Position numbers and translations under genes: made by a program | Shown: piece by piece, positions 57,785 to 64,000 of the stretch | How positions within the stretch are numbered: the stretch's first letter is position 1 | How the letters are laid out: each line of letters begins with the position of its first letter | The notes under the pieces: model-generated | Seen by the model: only the letters and a program-made list of their open reading frames with translations | Databases searched by the model: none | What the model was told of the DNA's origin: nothing | Assembly (NCBI GenBank): GCA_965216785.1 | Contig: OZ244197.1 | Location: forward strand, 1,600,001-1,664,000 | DNA: 64,000 bases | Reading direction: 5' to 3' | Origin: Thermodesulfobacteriota bacterium | Lineage (GTDB): Bacteria; Desulfobacterota_D; UBA1144; Nemesobacterales; UBA2774

Positions 57785-59458
57785 CTAGTCAACCACCTTC
57801 GAATTGGGCTCATCTAACTGCTCTGGGTGCGCAAGATCCCACAGAGGGCGCCGTCCCCTTACAGGAGGTACGAGATCAAAATTGTGCACAGCGGGAGGCG
57901 AGGACGCGAACCACTCTAAGGTCCATGCGTTCCATGGATTGTCACCCGCTTTTTTACCGCGTCTTAGACTAACGTGGACGTTCCACATAAACACTAATAC
58001 AGAGGCGGCAAGCACTAGCGCGCCTATGGTGGATATGAGGTTCATCGAGCCCCAATACGGGAAATCATGATATGTGTAAGTTCTACGGGGCATGCCCATA
58101 ACACCCAAGAAATGCTGTATGAAAAATGTCATGTTAAATCCGATTACCGTGAGCCAGAAATGCCATTTGCCGAGCGTTTCCGACATCATGCGCCCGGTAA
58201 ATTTGGGGAACCAATAGTAAACGCCTGCGAATATCGCAAACATCGAGCCCCCGAATAGTGCGTAGTGGAAATGGGCAACGATGAAGTAGCTGTCTGTGAC
58301 AACCCAGTCTATGGGTACAGAGGCAATGGCAACACCGGTGAGTCCGGCAATGACAAACTCTATTATGAAAGTTGCGGCAAATAGCATGGGGGTGGCGAAA
58401 ATAATCTTGCCTCCCCACATGGTGGCAACCCAGTTAAGCACCTTAACCCCCGTGGGAATGGCGATTAGCATGCTGGCCAGCGAGAAGTACAGGTTGGTAA
58501 CATCTCCAAGGCCTACTGCGAACATGTGGTGAGCCCATACTCCCAGGCTCAAAAGGCCGATAGCTACAGTCGAGCCCGCTACGAATTCGTAGCCGAAAAT
58601 GGGTTTGCGCGAGAATACCGGTATGACTTCGGAGATAATGCCGAACGCTGGCAGTATGAGGATATAGACCTCGGGGTGTCCGAAACCCCAGAAAAAATGC
58701 TGCCATAGAATCGCGGAGCCTCCGTGAGCCGGGGTAAAGAAAGTGGCTTCAAGCAGACGGTCGAGCAGCATCATAGCGAACGCAGAGGCGATGATAGGTA
58801 TAACAAATACGAGTAGGAACGATGTTACGAGTATCATCCAGACGAATAGCGGGATCCTGCGCATAGTCATTCCAGGCGTCCGCATGGTGAGAATTGTAAC
58901 GATATTGTTGAGACCCGAGGCTACGGAGCTTATGCCTGTGGCCAGAAGCCCCAGAGCCCAGTACGTGGGACCTTTATTAAGTGAAAACGGTTTTTCACTC
59001 AGCGGAGAGTACGCAAACCAGCCCATATCGGGCGCCCCGCTCTGTGTTAAAAAGCTATAGTAGATCAATATGCCGCCGAAAACGACCAGCCAGAAGCTAA
59101 GAGCGTTTAAGCGGGGGAAAGCCATGTCTCTGGCACCTATCATGAGGGGAACAAGATACACGCCGATCCCGATTAAAAACGGCATCACAACGAAGAAAAT
59201 CATCGTAGTGCCGTGCATGGTGAACATCTGGTTATAAACTTCGGGCGAGATAAAACTCATTTCGGGCTGGGCTAGCTGTATACGGATAAGAAGAGCTTCT
59301 AGCCCGCCTACTACGAAAAACACCATCGTGATCATCAGGTACATGAGCCCGATCTGTTTATGGTCAACAGAGGCAACCCATGAGAGCATGCCCTGATTTT
59401 CCTTAAGTGATGGTAGGGGCTCTGTATTTTCAGGGACTAACGGTAATCTTCTGCTCAT
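57785..59458 (-). CDS. ctaD: Cytochrome c oxidase subunit I (type A1)
   Basis: HGTTM, GHPEVY, WAHHM, AHFHY. Confidence 0.97.
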   Translation of the reverse strand: MSRRLPLVPENTEPLPSLKENQGMLSWVASVDHKQIGLMYLMITMVFFVVGGLEALLIRIQLAQPEMSFISPEVYNQMFTMHGTTMIFFVVMPFLIGIGVYLVPLMIGARDMAFPRLNALSFWLVVFGGILIYYSFLTQSGAPDMGWFAYSPLSEKPFSLNKGPTYWALGLLATGISSVASGLNNIVTILTMRTPGMTMRRIPLFVWMILVTSFLLVFVIPIIASAFAMMLLDRLLEATFFTPAHGGSAILWQHFFWGFGHPEVYILILPAFGIISEVIPVFSRKPIFGYEFVAGSTVAIGLLSLGVWAHHMFAVGLGDVTNLYFSLASMLIAIPTGVKVLNWVATMWGGKIIFATPMLFAATFIIEFVIAGLTGVAIASVPIDWVVTDSYFIVAHFHYALFGGSMFAIFAGVYYWFPKFTGRMMSETLGKWHFWLTVIGFNMTFFIQHFLGVMGMPRRTYTYHDFPYWGSMNLISTIGALVLAASVLVFMWNVHVSLRRGKKAGDNPWNAWTLEWFASSPPAVHNFDLVPPVRGRRPLWDLAHPEQLDEPNSKVVD

Positions 59459-60393
59459 TTGAGAGCCTCCAGGTAAGCTACGATTGCGTCTACTTCTTCG
59501 GGGCTAAGCTTCATGTTGGGCATAAGTGAGCCCTGTTTATATTTCTGAGGATTAGTAAGCCACTTGTTCAGATTCTCAGGCGTATTGGTGAGCACTCCCG
59601 CCCCAATTGTCTGGCGGCCATTCAGATGGGTCAGGTTAGGTCCTACTCTTGCCGCTGCCGCCGTGCCCATGATGGTATGGCAGTTCATACAAGCCTTTTC
59701 CTGAAACAGTTTCGCTCCCTCTGCCGCAATTCCGGAGCTCGGAGTCGGCGGTATTACCAGCTCCTGCTTTTCCCACTCTTCGAATTCCTCTTGAGATTCG
59801 GCAATTACTCTTATGCGCATGTTGGCGTGCTGTGCGCCGCAGAACTCAGCGCACGCGCCCAGATATACACCCGGCTCTCCCGCTACTATCCACAAATGGT
59901 TTGGGTGTCCTGGAACAGCGTCTATTTTACGTCCGAGCTCAGGAACCCAAAAGTCGTGAATAACGTCTATGGACTCTATGCGGGCAAGAAGGTACTCCCC
60001 AACGGGGATGTGCAGCTCATTTGCCGTAATAATTCCGCTATTGGCATAGCGGATCTCCCACCACCACTGATGTCCTATGATAATAAGATCGGGTTCACGT
60101 CCGTCTACCGGGGGGTCTATGGCTTTCATGGTGTTGCATGTAAGTAAAAAGAGTACGGCAACGATAGCGCACGGTATTAAAGTCCAAACTATTTCCAGGT
60201 TCAGGTTGCCGAAATTCTGATAGGGCTCTTCAGTGTCTCCGGGGGATTTTCTGTAACGGACTATGATGTAAATCATCGCGAACACGATGATCCCGAGGAT
60301 GGCTGCCGAAATAGCAATGGTGTAGTAGGTTAGGCCAGCCAGGGCCTCCATTTCAGGGGAGCTCGGATTGAATAGACCGCCAAGTTTTTCCAT
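59455..60393 (-). CDS. coxB: Cytochrome c oxidase subunit II with fused cytochrome c (caa3)
   Basis: CuA motif CAEFCGAQHANM; CMNCH. Confidence 0.95.
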   Translation of the reverse strand: MEKLGGLFNPSSPEMEALAGLTYYTIAISAAILGIIVFAMIYIIVRYRKSPGDTEEPYQNFGNLNLEIVWTLIPCAIVAVLFLLTCNTMKAIDPPVDGREPDLIIIGHQWWWEIRYANSGIITANELHIPVGEYLLARIESIDVIHDFWVPELGRKIDAVPGHPNHLWIVAGEPGVYLGACAEFCGAQHANMRIRVIAESQEEFEEWEKQELVIPPTPSSGIAAEGAKLFQEKACMNCHTIMGTAAAARVGPNLTHLNGRQTIGAGVLTNTPENLNKWLTNPQKYKQGSLMPNMKLSPEEVDAIVAYLEALK

Positions 60394-60445
60394 AGTCTCG
60401 TTGTCTAACTGAATTGCTTCTTATTAGGACCCACAACTAGAGTTC

Positions 60446-60475
60446 ATTATAAAGAGTTTGCTCTCTGATTGTCAA
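60446..60475 (-). promoter_or_regulatory. sigma70 promoter of the oxidase/bc operon
   Basis: TTGACA-18 nt-TATAAT. Confidence 0.65.
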
Positions 60476-60631
60476 CCCCGGAGGTTTATTAAATTGTTAT
60501 TTCAATGTGATTATCGGTTTTGTGAACTTTAAAATTTCGAAATAATTGGATATATCCTGCATTCGTTTGATAATACGATTTATTTATTCTTCTTGATTGT
60601 ATGCTGGAAAAAATGCATTATTTTGCACTAA

Positions 60632-62650
60632 ATGAATAAAGTTGCTGTAAAATTCCTGTTCCTGCTGGTTTTTAGTGTTTTTATCAGCTATCCGAATATA
60701 GTTAACGCGCAAGATGCGGCAGAACCTGCTGAGTCCGGCGAAAAGGCCCCAATTGAAAGCTCCACGGTTCCAGACAAGTCCGCTGAAAGCGGAGCCGAAG
60801 ACAGCGTGGAAACGCCAGCTTCCGAAGAACAGCCCATAGAGCCCGAAAGCCAGGATAAACGCTCTGATCAAGACACTACTATCGACGAGCTTGCCAAGGA
60901 GCAGCAAGAAGAGGACGACCCCTCGACTGTTCGAATCTCAAAGGTAAAGATAGAGGGCGCTAAAGCGGTCTCTAAGGAGCAGATCGAGCAGAGCATTGGA
61001 ACCGGTTTCCCAACGTTCAGGTTCTGGGTCAAAAAGCCGCCGTTTGATGAAGAGGTCCTCAAGGACGATATGATCAGGATACAGAGACTTTACGCAAATA
61101 ACGGTTATTACGACACTAAGGCTACGTATGAGCTTAAATACAATGAAGACGATACACGTGTAGAAATCAAGATTAAAATAGTCGAGGGCGAACCCGTGAA
61201 GCTCACCGAGCTCTTGGTTGAATTTAAGGGCGATCTGAGTGATAAGATCAGAAAAGAAGTATTTAAAGCCATACCGCTTAAGGCGGATACGATATTTTCC
61301 CCTAACGGCTATGAGCGGACAAAGGGCGTGATCGCGGAAATATTGGCCAATAACGGCTACCCGAAAGCCCAAATCGAAGGAGAGGCTCTGGTAAACAGAA
61401 GGGAAAAGTGGGCAAGGGCCGAGTTTACCGTGGACCCGGGTCTGATTTATGTTTTCGGCAAGATTAGCGTTTCGGGCAATGACACCGTTAAGAGCTATAT
61501 TGTAGAAAGAGAAAGGGAATTTAAGGAAGGAGAGATATACTCGCTTAAAAAAGTCAACGATACCCAGGCTAATATCTTTCAGCTGGGGCTTTTCCGCTCG
61601 GTTGTCATCGATCCGGTATTTAATGATGAGGATCAGATTGCCGACATAGAAATAGTCGTGAAGGAGAGAAAACACGGATCGGTTAAGATCGGCGGGGGAT
61701 TCGGAACAGAGGATAAACTTAGAGGGCAGATAATCTGGACGCAGAGGAACTTTTTCGGTGGCGGAAGGAGGCTTGAGGTAGCGGGCAAGTTTTCTTTTAT
61801 TACACAGAGGGTGGAAACAAGCTTGATACAGCCGTATATAGCCGGTAAGAACTCGGAGCTTTCCGGTACACTGAATTTTCAAAGGGATGACGTGCCTAGT
61901 TTTAAGGGCAGGAGCTTTCTGACCTCGGTCAGGATGGAGAAAAACTTTAAGGACTATTACTCGACATTCGGATCATTAAACCTCCAGTATTCGAAAATTG
62001 AAGACAGCGCTACCCGTACCCCACAAGAGAGGAGTGAGGAGAATGTCTTCCTTACGTTTATTAACATGGGACTCGAAAGAGACACGACAGACAGTATCCT
62101 GAACCCGACTCGCGGCACTGTGGTCTCCACGGGGCTTGAATCTTCATTCACGGCTCTTGCCTCGGACGTGAATTACCTTAAAGGGACAATCGAGCTCAGG
62201 GGGTACAAAAAGTACCGAAGTATAGTATTCGCAAACAAACTCACGACCGGAGTCATTCAGCCATTTGGCGATACCGGTACTTTTGACGTGCCTATATTCA
62301 AGCGCTTCTTCGCCGGAGGCAGCACCAGTATGAGGGGCTTCCCGTTTCAGAAACTGGGTCCCCTGGATCAAAACAATGATCCTCTGGGTGGAAACACCCT
62401 TTTAGTCGGGAGCTTTGAGCTCCGATACCCGCTCTATGGTAATTTCGGCGCTGTCACCTTCTTTGACTACGGTAACGTGTATTCAAGGGAGTGGGACTAC
62501 GACCTGGGTGATTTAAAATACGCGCCGGGCGCGGGTCTTAGGTATGACACGATTATCGGTCCTATAAGATTTGATGTCGGTTATGCCCTGAACCCTGAGC
62601 CCGGGATAAGAAGGGTTCAATTCTTCATCAGTATAGGACAGGCATTCTAA
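60632..62650 (+). CDS. Omp85-family outer-membrane protein (BamA/TamA-like, about 3 POTRA domains)
   Basis: POTRA motifs (Y..NGY), FFAGGSTSMRGF, GPIRFD, C-terminal SIGQAF. Confidence 0.9.
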   Translation: MNKVAVKFLFLLVFSVFISYPNIVNAQDAAEPAESGEKAPIESSTVPDKSAESGAEDSVETPASEEQPIEPESQDKRSDQDTTIDELAKEQQEEDDPSTVRISKVKIEGAKAVSKEQIEQSIGTGFPTFRFWVKKPPFDEEVLKDDMIRIQRLYANNGYYDTKATYELKYNEDDTRVEIKIKIVEGEPVKLTELLVEFKGDLSDKIRKEVFKAIPLKADTIFSPNGYERTKGVIAEILANNGYPKAQIEGEALVNRREKWARAEFTVDPGLIYVFGKISVSGNDTVKSYIVEREREFKEGEIYSLKKVNDTQANIFQLGLFRSVVIDPVFNDEDQIADIEIVVKERKHGSVKIGGGFGTEDKLRGQIIWTQRNFFGGGRRLEVAGKFSFITQRVETSLIQPYIAGKNSELSGTLNFQRDDVPSFKGRSFLTSVRMEKNFKDYYSTFGSLNLQYSKIEDSATRTPQERSEENVFLTFINMGLERDTTDSILNPTRGTVVSTGLESSFTALASDVNYLKGTIELRGYKKYRSIVFANKLTTGVIQPFGDTGTFDVPIFKRFFAGGSTSMRGFPFQKLGPLDQNNDPLGGNTLLVGSFELRYPLYGNFGAVTFFDYGNVYSREWDYDLGDLKYAPGAGLRYDTIIGPIRFDVGYALNPEPGIRRVQFFISIGQAF

Positions 62651-63246
62651 GCACTCAGCAATAGCATTGCCCATTCCTTATCCGTTTCTTTTTCGACTAA
62701 AGAAAAGCCAAGCGAGGTAAAGCTCTCGATCACAATATCCGACTCTGCGTCTTTAATACCGGATAGAAGCAGAAGACCGCCGGGTTTAACTCTATTGCTG
62801 AGCTCGGCACTCATAGGCAGCATCGAGTTTATAAGAATATTTGCAACTACCAAATCAAACGAGCCGTCGATGTCTTCGATCGAGCCCATTACAATGTTTA
62901 CTTGAGGCTCAAATTTATTCTTAGAAACGTTTGTTCTCGCCTCGCTTACGATAATGTTATCTATATCAAGTCCGGTTACTTTTTTAGCGCCAAGAGCAGC
63001 TGCGCACAGAGAAAGAATACCGCTTCCGCATCCTACGTCGAGCACATTTGCGAATGTTCGTCCGCTTATCTCCCCCTTCGAAAATAAAGATTCCAGCCTC
63101 GAAATACAAAGCTTAGTTGTCGAATGAAACCCCTTGCCGAAGGCCCAGCCGGGGTTTATTTCTATAATTCTTTTTGTGCCGTCGGGTAGTTTGATCGGTA
63201 CTTCGACCTTGTCCGGGTAGTATTCGAAAACAGGGGTTTTTTTCAT
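62647..63246 (-). CDS. PrmA-like SAM methyltransferase (short form)
   Basis: AFGKGFHSTT, VLDVGCGSGIL, DLVVANI, LLLSGI. Confidence 0.8.
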   Translation of the reverse strand: MKKTPVFEYYPDKVEVPIKLPDGTKRIIEINPGWAFGKGFHSTTKLCISRLESLFSKGEISGRTFANVLDVGCGSGILSLCAAALGAKKVTGLDIDNIIVSEARTNVSKNKFEPQVNIVMGSIEDIDGSFDLVVANILINSMLPMSAELSNRVKPGGLLLLSGIKDAESDIVIESFTSLGFSLVEKETDKEWAMLLLSA

Positions 63247-63315
63247 CTCGCACTCTTACGCAGAGGATTGTCAATAATGGAATTGTATAGATTTGCCCAG
63301 GTAAAGAATAACTTC

Positions 63316-63603
63316 TCAGACACGATTAGATGGAAGATTGTTCATCTCTTCATCAAGTTTTTCAGAGGGTACGGGATCATCTTTTTTTGCCTGAAACTCA
63401 GATTGAGCGTTGTCCTTTGAATCTTTTTCTTGAGTGTCATCCGCTTCAAACTCTATACTATGCTTGAGCTCGTCCTTGGCCCTCTCAATCTCGCGTAGAC
63501 CCCTGCCTAGAGTTCTTGCGAGTTTAGGGATTTCCTTCGGGCCCAGCACCAGCAGGGCAATGAGGAGAATTATTAATATTTCACTTGTTCCGATACCGAA
63601 CAT
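63316..63603 (-). CDS. TatA/TatB family translocase subunit
   Basis: MFGIGTSEILII...GPKEIPKLAR.LG. Confidence 0.9.
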   Translation of the reverse strand: MFGIGTSEILIILLIALLVLGPKEIPKLARTLGRGLREIERAKDELKHSIEFEADDTQEKDSKDNAQSEFQAKKDDPVPSEKLDEEMNNLPSNRV

Positions 63604-63780
63604 GCGTTTGCGACCCTCTACAGCTAATTTGGTTTGTATGTCAAAGGCTACCTCAATTAGCGCCTATCTTCAATTCACGCGTTTCACTCAGCGTTAATGT
63701 TAAGAGGTTTGGTGTTTTTTGGCAAACCCAGTAAAATGAATTGAAATATACTAATACGGCGTAATATAGGGAGAACTGAT

Positions 63781-64000
63781 ATGAAAGCAATTATTTATCA
63801 TGAAACAGGTGGAGCGGAAGTACTTAAGTATGAAGACGTACCCGAGCCAGAGATAGGGGCTGACGATGTGCTGGTGCGCGTGAAGGCGGCGGCACTTAAT
63901 CACCTGGATTTAAGACTCCGCTCCGGGAAGTCGCCCAGGCCTGTTGATCTGCCCCATGTCGGGGGTATAGACGTAGCCGGGGACGTGGAGAAAGTGGGTG
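63781..64000 (+). CDS. MDR-family (zinc-binding) dehydrogenase/quinone reductase, partial
   Basis: MKAI...GGAEVLKYEDVPEP...VLVRVKAAALNHLD...G.DVAG. Confidence 0.88.
   Translation, partial: MKAIIYHETGGAEVLKYEDVPEPEIGADDVLVRVKAAALNHLDLRLRSGKSPRPVDLPHVGGIDVAGDVEKVG

Noticed and set aside
60938-61882. 314-aa antisense ORF and the many other shadow ORFs in the track
   Set aside because: They lie opposite or inside well-supported genes and show no recognisable motifs.

Overview
Bacterial chromosome segment. Gene style and the many IPTL-CTERM proteins suggest Ca. Dadabacteria/Desulfobacterota (inference only). Bases 1-18858 are an AT-richer integrative element whose left end lies outside the window and whose right end is a tyrosine integrase 20 bp upstream of tRNA-Ser(TGA). 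Its backbone resembles a phage satellite or integrative element: excisionase-like HTH, AEP primase-PriCT-NTPase followed by iterons, an HTH protein, an RHH-like regulator and the integrase, plus an SRA-HNH restriction gene. Its cargo is an array of co-oriented IPTL-CTERM (exosortase-sorted) surface-protein genes, five intact and one decayed. They are punctuated by recurring non-coding modules: a cUUCGg terminator hairpin, IS150-like single ends, a ~70-bp repeat, a 33-bp exact repeat and an internal tRNA-Thr att-like fragment. This apparent surface-protein cassette array is the most interesting system in the window. Bases 18945-64000 are mostly housekeeping: rsmI, gatCA, gshB, nfi, iorAB, carA, gatB, an Ogg-family gene lacking its catalytic Lys, a frameshifted FUSC/HlyD efflux locus, a DUF547/oxidoreductase/GT2 cluster, two ECF sigma factors with matching candidate promoters, DegQ, NDH-2, a caa3 oxidase plus Rieske/cytochrome b-c operon, an Omp85 protein, a PrmA-like gene and tatA/B. 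All calls come from motif recognition by eye; no database searches were run.
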